Shown: positions 31,100 through 39,490 of the stretch, in pieces
How positions within the stretch are numbered: the stretch's first letter is position 1
How the letters are laid out: the number at the start of each line of letters is the position of its first letter
NCBI GenBank assembly: GCA_033977065.1
Contig: JAXCHI010000003.1
Span: 544,001 to 608,000 of the forward strand
DNA: 64,000 nt
Direction of reading: 5' to 3'
From: Candidatus Algichlamydia australiensis
Lineage (GTDB): Bacteria > Chlamydiota > Chlamydiia > Chlamydiales > JAJFMI01
Translations under genes and position numbers: made by a program
The notes under the pieces: generated by a model
Databases searched by the model: none
What the model was told of the DNA's origin: nothing
What the model saw: the letters and a program-made list of their open reading frames with translations, nothing else

Positions 31100-31668
31100 C
31101 ATCATATGAAAACAAAAAATTCCAAAAAGAATTCTTTACAGAAGACTGCATTGCAAATTGCCAGTTTGAGCGTTGCGAGTTTACTGAGACGCATTTTTGG
31201 AATACTAAATTTTCTGATTGTGTATTCAAAAATTGCAACTTGCATTTGGTGAAGTTAGAGGGCTCTCGTCTGCAAAATGTCCTTTTTGAGGATTGCAAGA
31301 TTATTGGGGCTGAGTTTCATAAGTGCGATAAAAGTTTTTTTTCACCGCAATTTAAGAGTTGTATCTTAATGGGATGCAATTTTTCCGACGTGAAGATAAA
31401 ACAAGCAAGCTTTGCAAAATGCAAGATTAAAGAGTGCTTTTTTAATGGGTCGAAGCTTTTAGAATGCGATTTTCGCGAGAGCGATCTGCAGGGGAGTGTT
31501 TTTCATCACGCAGATCTTTCAAAATCAGATTTTCGCGAGGCGGTGAATTACGCGATTAATCCTCTCGTGAATACGGTAAAAAAGGCGCGGTTTTCAATGC
31601 CAGAGGTGCAATCTATGTTGAAATTTTTTGACATTCAAATAGATTCTAATTTCTTTTATGAAACATAG
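31096..31668 (+). CDS. Pentapeptide repeat protein
   Basis: Repeating F..C.F / ADLSKSDFR pentapeptides; C-terminal YAINP...KARFS. Confidence 0.92.
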   Translation: MTSYENKKFQKEFFTEDCIANCQFERCEFTETHFWNTKFSDCVFKNCNLHLVKLEGSRLQNVLFEDCKIIGAEFHKCDKSFFSPQFKSCILMGCNFSDVKIKQASFAKCKIKECFFNGSKLLECDFRESDLQGSVFHHADLSKSDFREAVNYAINPLVNTVKKARFSMPEVQSMLKFFDIQIDSNFFYET

Positions 31669-32606
31669 CCAAACTTCCAGTAAATGAGATAGAAAAAGAG
31701 AGGAGCTGTGAAAATCAAGCTATCAATGCGGTCTAGCAAACCACCATGTCCTGGAAGAAGTCTCCCAAAATCTTTTATTTGTACATCACGTTTTAAGGCA
31801 GACATAGTTACATCTCCCAAAAAACCTCCAACTCCTACCAAAATGCCTACAAAAGTAGCAAAACCAAAGTGGGTTGGTGTTAAAAATGGGCTTAGTAATG
31901 CAGCAAAAATGATCGTTGTTAATATCCCTCCAAAGCAACCTTCATAAGTTTTTTTTGGGCTAATTAATGGAACGATTTTACGCTTTCCAAAAAGCTTTCC
32001 CCAAATATATTGGCTGGCATCATTGATCTCTGTCAAGATTAGTAGATAAAGCACAAGGCCTAAAGGCCCCGCTTCAAATTGCATTTGTGTGGAGTAGGTA
32101 GAGAGAAATGCGATGTAGCTTAAGCTATATCCCATCATCATAATCCCCCAAAACATGGTACCTATAGAGTGTAGGAACTCTTTTGGAGTTCCTGCAATAA
32201 TCATCCTGACAGGAATACAAAGGTAGACGTAAACGGGTATGAAAATTAAAAACCCAATAAAAGAATTTGTGAGGATTAAAAGATACTGGATTGGAAGAGA
32301 AAGGTAGAGCCAAAGTCGTACGCGCTTGTGCTCTGAAAGTTTGGGGACTGCCTGGAAATACTCTTTTAGTGCTAAATAGCTTATTCCCATCCAAAATAGT
32401 GTAATGCACCAATTACGGGTTAGAAAAAGAAGAGCGAATACCCCAAAAATAATCCACCACGCAATCAATCGCTTCTTAAGATCGGAGAACTTTTTTGTGG
32501 GGAAAAGCCAAGCAAAAATTTGAAAAGTAAGCAGGAGTCCTACAAGAGAGAGAAATGTCCAAAATACTGGAGGTGTGAGAAGGGGGAAAAAATTTGTATT
32601 AAACAT
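31656..32606 (-). CDS. Phosphatidate cytidylyltransferase (YnbB/CdsA-like)
   Basis: ND.SQY.WGKLFG, SPKKTYEG, GD...SALKRD..IKDFG.LLPGHGGLLDRIDSL. Confidence 0.93.
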   Translation of the reverse strand: MFNTNFFPLLTPPVFWTFLSLVGLLLTFQIFAWLFPTKKFSDLKKRLIAWWIIFGVFALLFLTRNWCITLFWMGISYLALKEYFQAVPKLSEHKRVRLWLYLSLPIQYLLILTNSFIGFLIFIPVYVYLCIPVRMIIAGTPKEFLHSIGTMFWGIMMMGYSLSYIAFLSTYSTQMQFEAGPLGLVLYLLILTEINDASQYIWGKLFGKRKIVPLISPKKTYEGCFGGILTTIIFAALLSPFLTPTHFGFATFVGILVGVGGFLGDVTMSALKRDVQIKDFGRLLPGHGGLLDRIDSLIFTAPLFFYLIYWKFGYVS

Positions 32607-32628
32607 AAAGATACATTTAGTGCTAAAT

Positions 32629-32657
32629 TTGACGATCTATACTGGATAGTGTAGTAT
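32629..32657 (+). promoter_or_regulatory. Promoter of the rightward lipid operon
   Basis: TTGACG-17 nt-TAGTAT in the 76-bp divergent spacer; ATTTAG-TG-CTAAAT inverted repeat abuts the -35. Confidence 0.55.
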
Positions 32658-32682
32658 TGAAGCGGAAATTTGGCAAATTTTT

Positions 32683-33288
32683 ATGAATGTTGGTCTTTAC
32701 AATTTAAAATATCCGTTTAGGAGAGTAATAAGTTTTTTATTGCCTATTTTTAAAAATATTCATCCCGATGTAGTGAGTTACTCCCTAATTCCGATTGGGA
32801 TTTTGACCGCAATTCTCTTTTTTTATGCTCCAAGTACTCCTTTTTTCTATCTGATTGGGGCACTCTTTATTTTACTCCGAATGATTGTAGGAACTCTTGA
32901 TGGTTTGATTGCCGTGACTTTTAACAAAAGTTCACCAAAAGGGGAGATGATCAATCGCATTGCTCCTGAGGTGTGTGACATGCTTCTGATCACTGCGATT
33001 GTCTACTCTTCTCCAAATTATTTGATACTCGGATCTGCTGTTCTTGCTGCCTGCTGGGCTGTGACATTTTTTGGGCTGATTGGGATTGTTGCAGAAAAAA
33101 AGATTCAAAGCGTTGGGCCTGCTGGGCAAACAGATCGCATTGTCGCGCTGGCTGTTTTCTCTCTTTTTCACTATTTTCAGAAGTTTTTTTCTTTTCACAT
33201 CGATTTTATCTATCTCTTTCTTATCTGGGTTCTAGTTGGAAGTGCTCTAACGCTTTATTTTAGAATTTCCCGGAATTTTTCAAGATGA
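32683..33288 (+). CDS. CDP-alcohol phosphatidyltransferase (YnbA-like)
   Basis: LYNLKYPFRR, HPDVVS, LDGLIA...SPKGEMIN...EVCD (variant of DGxxAR...G...DxxxD), GPAGQTDR. Confidence 0.85.
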   Translation: MNVGLYNLKYPFRRVISFLLPIFKNIHPDVVSYSLIPIGILTAILFFYAPSTPFFYLIGALFILLRMIVGTLDGLIAVTFNKSSPKGEMINRIAPEVCDMLLITAIVYSSPNYLILGSAVLAACWAVTFFGLIGIVAEKKIQSVGPAGQTDRIVALAVFSLFHYFQKFFSFHIDFIYLFLIWVLVGSALTLYFRISRNFSR

Positions 33289-35231
33289 TCGCTAAATCTG
33301 TTCGAAAGAATTACCCTGTTTTAAAGAGCGGAGTTTTTCTCAATCATGCTGCAACAGCACCTGTTTCGTACGGAACGATTCATCGCATGCAGTCTCTCTG
33401 TCGTGAGATGGAGGATCCTCTTGGTAAGCATTTTTATCAGTGGCTCGCAATTGAAGAGGAGACACGACGCATGATCGCTGAACTTCTTGGCACCTCGCCT
33501 TCGGAAATTTCCATTACGCCAAACACCTCTTCAGCTCTCAGTATAGTTGCAAATTGTATCGATTTTCAAATTGGTGATCGGGTACTTGTTCCGCGTAATG
33601 AGTTCCCTTCGAACCGCTATGTTTGGCAAAATTTAAGAGCAAAAGGGGTAGAGTGTACTTTTTTTGATCTTGATCCAACTAAGTCACTGGTTGAACTTCT
33701 TGAAGCTCTCGACCTTACCAATGTACGATTGATTTCTATTAGCCAGGTGAGTTACTTGACAGGACAAAGACATAATTTGCGCGACTTTGGAACCTTTTGC
33801 AAGGAGCGTAAAATTTTTAGTTGTGTAGACGCAATTCAGGCTGTTGGGACTTTTCCAATTGATCTGAAGCAAACTCCTGTCGATTTCTTTGCAGGAGGAG
33901 CGCAAAAATGGCTTCTTGGACCTATTGGGTGTGGCTATCTCTATATCAAGAAAGAGTTAATTGACCAGGTTCGTGTTCCTTTTGTTGGGTGGACAAGTGT
34001 ACGTTATCCTGAAAGTTTTGATGAGATGAAGCTCGAATTTCCCCCTGAGGCGACCAGATTTGAGCCTGGCCTGCCCAATATTGTGGCAATTGCGGGGTTG
34101 AATAACTCTTTGCATGAGTTGAAAAGAGTCGGATGGGAAAAAATTTTTAGCCAGCTACTCCTCTCTTCTCAATATCTCTACGAGGCGATGCAGCAGATCC
34201 AAGGCTTTAAGCCATTAATCCCTGATTTTGATCATATTGGAAGAGTTGTGAGCTTTTCTCTCCCTACAGGAGTGAATCCAAAAAAACTTTTATTAGACCT
34301 AGGAAAGAAGGGGATTACAGTCACAGCAAGGGCCGGGTATATTCGTCTCTCTCCTCACTTTTACAATACAAAAGAGGAGTTGGATAAATTTCTCAATGCG
34401 ATTGATGGTTGCGCGATGCGAAAAAGTATTCGCTATCCTGCTGCAGAAAGACCCTCTCAAAAAAATAATCGCTGGATTTTGCTTAACGGAGCTACAGGAA
34501 CTCTTGGCCGTGAAATAGCACTCTATCTAGCGCAAAAAGGGTTCAATATTAAGGGAATTGGCAGATCTAGGAAAGTTTTAGAAGAGTTAAGAAAAAAGAT
34601 TGGTGCGGGATTTGAATCGTTATGTTTGGACTTTTTGAACGATGGCGCGCTTGAAGATTTTTTGCAGGAAGAGAAAAGAAGATATGCAGCGCTGATTAAT
34701 GTATCCGGTCTATCAGAAGCGGTGCCTTATGAAAACATGGATTTCAAAAAGTTGCGAGAGATGTTTGAAGTCAATTTTTTTGCTCCAGCGAAATTAATGC
34801 AGTTTTACTCTTCGCGTTTTGACTCTGAAAATCCTATTGGCATACTCAATGTTATTTCAGGAACAGGGCGAGTGGGGTATCCCTTATTTGGCGGATTCGG
34901 AGCTAGCTCCGGAGCTCTCTGGACTTTAAGTGAAAGTTTAGAGAGAGAATGGAAAAGAAAAAACATTCCAGTTACTACCTTTATTTCTCCTCCCATGCAT
35001 TCTCCGATGCAGAAGACTCTCGGAAGAGTAATGCTGCGCTACTTTCCGATGAAATCAAAAGGATTTGATTATGCGCATGCGGAAGAGATTGCAAGAGATG
35101 CAGTAGAGGCACTTTTTCTCGGGAAAGGGGTCGTAGATAAGAGGAAGAGTCGGTTTACCGATCTTATGAACAGCTTATTTCCAAACTACATTTCTAATAA
35201 AATCAAAAAAAAATTCTGTAGGGAAAGGTAA
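33285..35231 (+). CDS. Fusion of PLP-dependent aminotransferase class V domain and SDR-like domain
   Basis: FLNHAATAP, EFPSN, VDAIQAVG, QKWLLGP (PLP Lys), RFEPG, IRLSPHFYN; then NGATGTLG Rossmann fold and EVNFF, with FGASS in place of YxxxK. Confidence 0.85.
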   Translation: MIAKSVRKNYPVLKSGVFLNHAATAPVSYGTIHRMQSLCREMEDPLGKHFYQWLAIEEETRRMIAELLGTSPSEISITPNTSSALSIVANCIDFQIGDRVLVPRNEFPSNRYVWQNLRAKGVECTFFDLDPTKSLVELLEALDLTNVRLISISQVSYLTGQRHNLRDFGTFCKERKIFSCVDAIQAVGTFPIDLKQTPVDFFAGGAQKWLLGPIGCGYLYIKKELIDQVRVPFVGWTSVRYPESFDEMKLEFPPEATRFEPGLPNIVAIAGLNNSLHELKRVGWEKIFSQLLLSSQYLYEAMQQIQGFKPLIPDFDHIGRVVSFSLPTGVNPKKLLLDLGKKGITVTARAGYIRLSPHFYNTKEELDKFLNAIDGCAMRKSIRYPAAERPSQKNNRWILLNGATGTLGREIALYLAQKGFNIKGIGRSRKVLEELRKKIGAGFESLCLDFLNDGALEDFLQEEKRRYAALINVSGLSEAVPYENMDFKKLREMFEVNFFAPAKLMQFYSSRFDSENPIGILNVISGTGRVGYPLFGGFGASSGALWTLSESLEREWKRKNIPVTTFISPPMHSPMQKTLGRVMLRYFPMKSKGFDYAHAEEIARDAVEALFLGKGVVDKRKSRFTDLMNSLFPNYISNKIKKKFCRER

Positions 35232-37687
35232 TGGAATCAATACGGTACTTTATTGAAACTTTATGGCAGGAGTATGGTGACAATACCGCAATCATCTCCT
35301 ATCACCGTTTTAAAAGAAGAGAGTACACCTATACAGAAATTTACTCTTTAATAAAAAAATGTGCTGCTTATCTCCAATCAAAAGGTTTGAAAAAAGGGGA
35401 TAAAATCCTTATTTACGCGGAAAACTCACCAGAGTGGGTGGTGATTCTATTGAGTTGTGCCTTGAGCGGGATTGTTCTTGTTCCCATTGATCGCAAATCT
35501 CCAATAAATTTTGCAAAAGCGATTTTTGATCGAACAGAAGCAAAATGGTTGGTTTCGGATCTCCAACAGAATGCGATTACGGCCGATTGCATTCCTATTG
35601 AGACACTTTTTGCTACTATTGCTTCTTTTTCAGGTGACTCTTTAAAAGAAGTGACAATAGTTGCAGATGACCTCTTAGAAATTGTTTTTACATCAGGAAC
35701 TACTTCAGAACCAAAGGGGGTGGTTATTACACACCGGAACTTTGTGGCAAGTATACAGGGGATACGTATGCAGAACCTTTCGTGTAATAATTATTGCCGC
35801 TTTCTTTCCATGCTTCCTTTGAGTCACGTATTGGAGCAAAACGCAGGCTGCCTTTCCATTCTTCGTTTTGGAGGACAAATTGTTTACACAAGGGGCTTAA
35901 GTTTTACTCGCATTGTAGAGGTAATGAGAGAAGAAAAAATTTCTCATATCATCGCAGTTCCTGCGATTTTGGAGCAGTTTGCTAGTAAAATCCAAAAAGA
36001 AATAGAAAAGAAAAGGCTCAAAAAAGTGTTTTCTATCCTTTTTAAAATTCTTAAAATTGCTCCTCAAACAGTGAGAAGAGCTCTTCTATTTGGTATTAGG
36101 CGAAAATTTGGGAAAAATTTGCAGACATTTATTTGTGGAGGAGCACCTTTAGATCAAGAGGTGGAGCTATTTTGGAAGGGAATGGGGGTCGATGTTCTAC
36201 AAGGATATGGTTTAACAGAAAGCAGCGCAATGTGCTGTGTAAACACTTACGCAAAAAGCAAAAGAGGAGCTGTAGGAATTCCCCTTCCTAATCTAAGCTT
36301 GAAGATAGATAAAAATGGGGAGATTTTGCTTAAAGGCGACTCGATTATTAATGAGTACTACAGAAATGAAAAATTAAATAAGGAGGCCTTTACGGAAGGC
36401 TGGTTCCATACTGGTGATGTTGGGCGGATTGATAAAAAAGGATTTCTTTATATCACAGGTCGGTTAAAAGATATGATCTTAACTTCAAACGGGTTGAATG
36501 TGTTTCCAACAGACATCGAAAAAGTGATGACCCGAATTCCGGGGATTGTAGAAGGAGCAGTCTTTGAAGATCCTAAAGCAAAAGGAAAACTTGTTGCAGC
36601 AGTGATTGTTGATGATCAGTATAGAGAACAGAGCGCTTTGGAACAGGTCAATACGCAGCTAGCACCGCACCAAAAACTTGCAAAAATGGTTGAATGGAGT
36701 CGCTCTTCACTACCAAAGACACCCTCCATGAAGCTGAACAGGAAAGAGTTAGCAAAAATTTATCTGGAAGAGCTACTGCAAATTTCAAAAAAGACCTCTC
36801 AAGAAATCGATCCTCTTGTACAAATTCTCTCACAAATTTCTCAGGTCCCAGAAGAGAAGATTAAGCACAATTCTTTAATTGTTAAAGATTTAGGATTAGA
36901 TTCACTCTCTCTAGTTGAACTTGTTCTTGCTTTAGAAGCGCGATTTCGGATTGAAATAGATGAATCAATTTTAACTCAGAATTTAACCCTTTTCGAGCTG
37001 AAAAAAATTCTTACTTCCGATAAGCAGAAAAGACCGATGAAATCAGCTTGTTACATCTATAGCAAGTTTTTTCGCTGGATAAATAGAATTTTCCGGAGCC
37101 TCACAATAAAAATATTGTCAATGCGTGTGAAAGTAGAGGTTATTGGGGAGCTTCCAGCTTTAAAACGTCCCACCATATTTGTTGCCAATCACACAAGCCA
37201 CCTTGATACTTACTCGATCATTTCTGCCGTTTCAGAAGAGGTGCAAAATCACCTGGTTGCAGCTGCTGCGCATGACTATTTTTTTGAAAAACATAAAATA
37301 AGAGGTTTTTTTTTAACTCTTTTCCTACTACCTTTAATCCCATTTTATCGATCAGGCAAATTCTCCCAAAATTTGAAGATGATGAGTAAAGCAATGGGAA
37401 AAAAGAATCACCTTCTTCTTTTTCCTGAAGGTACAAGAAGTCGAACAGGAGAGATGGGTCGATTTAAAAAAGGTATTGGGATGGTCGTAAAAGAGATGGA
37501 TGCTCATGTCATTCCACTCTATATTGAGGGTGCGCATCTTTTGTTACCACCTCAATCAGCTATTCCCCAAAAAGGAAAAATCAAAGTACACATCGGAGAA
37601 AAACTCTCTTTTGAACCGAGTCTTTCAGCAGAAGAGATCACATCTTGTCTCAAGAAGAGTCTTCTTAAATTCAAATTGCAGCCATGA
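35231..37687 (+). CDS. Tridomain acyl-adenylate ligase + acyl carrier protein + PlsC-type acyltransferase
   Basis: FTSGTTSEPKG, QGYGLTE, FHTGD, GRLKD, KTPSMK; DLGLDSL phosphopantetheine Ser; NHTSHLD and FPEGTRS. Confidence 0.92.
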   Translation: MESIRYFIETLWQEYGDNTAIISYHRFKRREYTYTEIYSLIKKCAAYLQSKGLKKGDKILIYAENSPEWVVILLSCALSGIVLVPIDRKSPINFAKAIFDRTEAKWLVSDLQQNAITADCIPIETLFATIASFSGDSLKEVTIVADDLLEIVFTSGTTSEPKGVVITHRNFVASIQGIRMQNLSCNNYCRFLSMLPLSHVLEQNAGCLSILRFGGQIVYTRGLSFTRIVEVMREEKISHIIAVPAILEQFASKIQKEIEKKRLKKVFSILFKILKIAPQTVRRALLFGIRRKFGKNLQTFICGGAPLDQEVELFWKGMGVDVLQGYGLTESSAMCCVNTYAKSKRGAVGIPLPNLSLKIDKNGEILLKGDSIINEYYRNEKLNKEAFTEGWFHTGDVGRIDKKGFLYITGRLKDMILTSNGLNVFPTDIEKVMTRIPGIVEGAVFEDPKAKGKLVAAVIVDDQYREQSALEQVNTQLAPHQKLAKMVEWSRSSLPKTPSMKLNRKELAKIYLEELLQISKKTSQEIDPLVQILSQISQVPEEKIKHNSLIVKDLGLDSLSLVELVLALEARFRIEIDESILTQNLTLFELKKILTSDKQKRPMKSACYIYSKFFRWINRIFRSLTIKILSMRVKVEVIGELPALKRPTIFVANHTSHLDTYSIISAVSEEVQNHLVAAAAHDYFFEKHKIRGFFLTLFLLPLIPFYRSGKFSQNLKMMSKAMGKKNHLLLFPEGTRSRTGEMGRFKKGIGMVVKEMDAHVIPLYIEGAHLLLPPQSAIPQKGKIKVHIGEKLSFEPSLSAEEITSCLKKSLLKFKLQP

Positions 37688-37799
37688 GCAAGCTGTAAAT
37701 TATGCCATTAATCCTCTCGTGGACATGATGAAGAAAGCACATTTTTCGATTTCAGAAACACACTCCATGTTGAAATTTTTTGAAATTCAAATTTCTTGA
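37686..37799 (+). pseudogene. Duplicated 3' fragment of the pentapeptide repeat gene
   Basis: Translates AVNYAINPLVDMMKKAHFSISETHSMLKFFEIQI, 25/34 aa identical to the C-terminus of 31096..31668. Confidence 0.85.
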
Positions 37800-37845
37800 A
37801 AAATTCTAATCCTGGTATGATGGGATCTCAAACGGGAGAAAAATA

Positions 37846-38505
37846 ATGATGAAACACAATCGAATTTTTTTAATCGCATGCTGGCTTTGCTTTGTGCTAA
37901 TTGGCCAATTTTTAAAATTTAGTATACCTGTAGGTGAGCAGTCCGCTTCCCTCTCATGTCTTGCAATTGCACTACCACTTTTAGCCTGTTTTCTACCGGC
38001 AAGAATCTCTCTGCCGATTATTAGTGGCCTCTGGCTTACTTTGCACGCATTTCATCCCATTCCTCTTACAATGGGAATTCCAACACTATTAGCTGCTCTT
38101 TCATGGCGCATTTCTAAAAATAGTGCAGGTGTTAATCGATTATTTCACTTAGCCCTTCCTGCTGCTGCAATCATAGCTTTTGCTTTTTCTTCCTCCGGTG
38201 CAGATGCATGGCCCTATACGCTTTACTGGCTGATTCCGATGGCATGCACATTTTTCAAGCCAAGTCTCTTTTCTCGCGCTCTGCAAAGTACGTTTATGGC
38301 ACATGCAGCGGGTAGCTTGATCTGGGCTTACTTCGTTCCACTTTCTGGCGCGCAGTGGCTAGCACTTATCCCTGTTGTCGCTTTAGAGCGTCTTTTGGCA
38401 GCAGGAGTTGCGATGGCTCTTGTTAAAACGCTATCCGCATTGGAAGTTTCTTTGCCAAACATGCTGCTAAGCTTAAAAAAAAGAACATTAAGTGTTGAAA
38501 GCTAA
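37846..38505 (+). CDS. Polytopic membrane protein, unknown function
   Basis: ~6-7 hydrophobic helices; GGGAG RBS. Confidence 0.75.
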   Translation: MMKHNRIFLIACWLCFVLIGQFLKFSIPVGEQSASLSCLAIALPLLACFLPARISLPIISGLWLTLHAFHPIPLTMGIPTLLAALSWRISKNSAGVNRLFHLALPAAAIIAFAFSSSGADAWPYTLYWLIPMACTFFKPSLFSRALQSTFMAHAAGSLIWAYFVPLSGAQWLALIPVVALERLLAAGVAMALVKTLSALEVSLPNMLLSLKKRTLSVES

Positions 38506-39433
38506 AACCTTTTTTAAGTGGGTTTTATTGCCATTTGCTCTGTTTGCTCGAGATGTCCCAGAGATTTCAAGTTGGACAGAGCCAACTGTTCGCGATTTTG
38601 AAATTTTGCAGGAGCATTTGCAGGAGCAGGCAGAGAGAGATCACGCGCGTTTTTCGGGAACGGTACATCATAAGCGGTTGAAGAGAGTCAATGATTTTTC
38701 TCTTCTGGTTGATGGAAGAATCCCCGAAAAACAGCTTGAAATTTTCAATACAGACGAAGACGATAGGTCGTGCTTAATTGTCACTTACGCCTCATACAAT
38801 GAGAAGTTTATAGAATTTGTTGAGCGGCAAAAGAGAGGTCTTGAGTATGTAAAATATAAAGGCCATTTTCTCTATTGGATTGGTGGATGGCCCTTTATTA
38901 AAGGGGGAGGTCTTGAGGTATTTGATACTCCCTACGCCTTTAAAATTTGCGCTTTGCTAGAGGCACGCGCAATGGGGTATGAGAAAGTGATCTGGCTCGA
39001 TTCAAGGATTTGCCCACTACGAAACCTTAAGCCTGTATTTTGTTTTTTAGATAAAATGCCCATTGTCATGCGCACTAGCATGAATCAAAAACTAGAAAAT
39101 TTTGCCCATCCTTGGGTCTTAGAAGCGTTTGATACAAGCGCAGAAGAATTGAAAAATTGTGTTCACTATGCCACCGGTGTTTTAGGGGTAAATCTCCGTG
39201 ATAAAAGAGTGAATGAGATCCTGGATAAGTACTTTGAGCTTGCAAAAAACCGTGAAGGGTTCATGAACCGCTTCCCTTGCCAAGTTCCCTGGAGCTTGCT
39301 TCTTAAGCGATCTAGTCTTGAGATCAAGTTGCTAAAACCTCTTGTCTCTTTTTCAGGGCAGAGTAATGGTCGTGCTTATTTTAAGTGCGACTATCATGAT
39401 CGTTTTGATTATCCAAATTCTTATAAAAAATAA
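38492..39433 (+). CDS. Exported/anchored hypothetical protein, possibly GT-A glycosyltransferase-like
   Basis: N-terminal signal; YAFK...GYEKVIWLDS motif resembles GT-A-like families. Confidence 0.5.
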   Translation: MLKAKTFFKWVLLPFALFARDVPEISSWTEPTVRDFEILQEHLQEQAERDHARFSGTVHHKRLKRVNDFSLLVDGRIPEKQLEIFNTDEDDRSCLIVTYASYNEKFIEFVERQKRGLEYVKYKGHFLYWIGGWPFIKGGGLEVFDTPYAFKICALLEARAMGYEKVIWLDSRICPLRNLKPVFCFLDKMPIVMRTSMNQKLENFAHPWVLEAFDTSAEELKNCVHYATGVLGVNLRDKRVNEILDKYFELAKNREGFMNRFPCQVPWSLLLKRSSLEIKLLKPLVSFSGQSNGRAYFKCDYHDRFDYPNSYKK

Positions 39434-39490
39434 TTTCACAATAAAGCTCTCTATGAGATAACAGAAATTTGAATGTTTAGAGGTTTTGTT

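Noticed and set aside
31096..31668. Pentapeptide protein as a Qnr/MfpA resistance gene
   Set aside because: Only the generic repeat pattern is visible; nothing supports a specific function
32615..32628. AGTGCTAA as a CIRCE element
   Set aside because: Only a half site; no matching left arm at N9 spacing
33285..34420. Cysteine desulfurase (SufS/IscS) call
   Set aside because: The catalytic Cys loop is absent and there are no suf/isc neighbours
37500..37799. 99-aa ORF as a gene
   Set aside because: The first two thirds are an alternative frame of the acyltransferase; only the tail is meaningful, as a duplicated pentapeptide fragment
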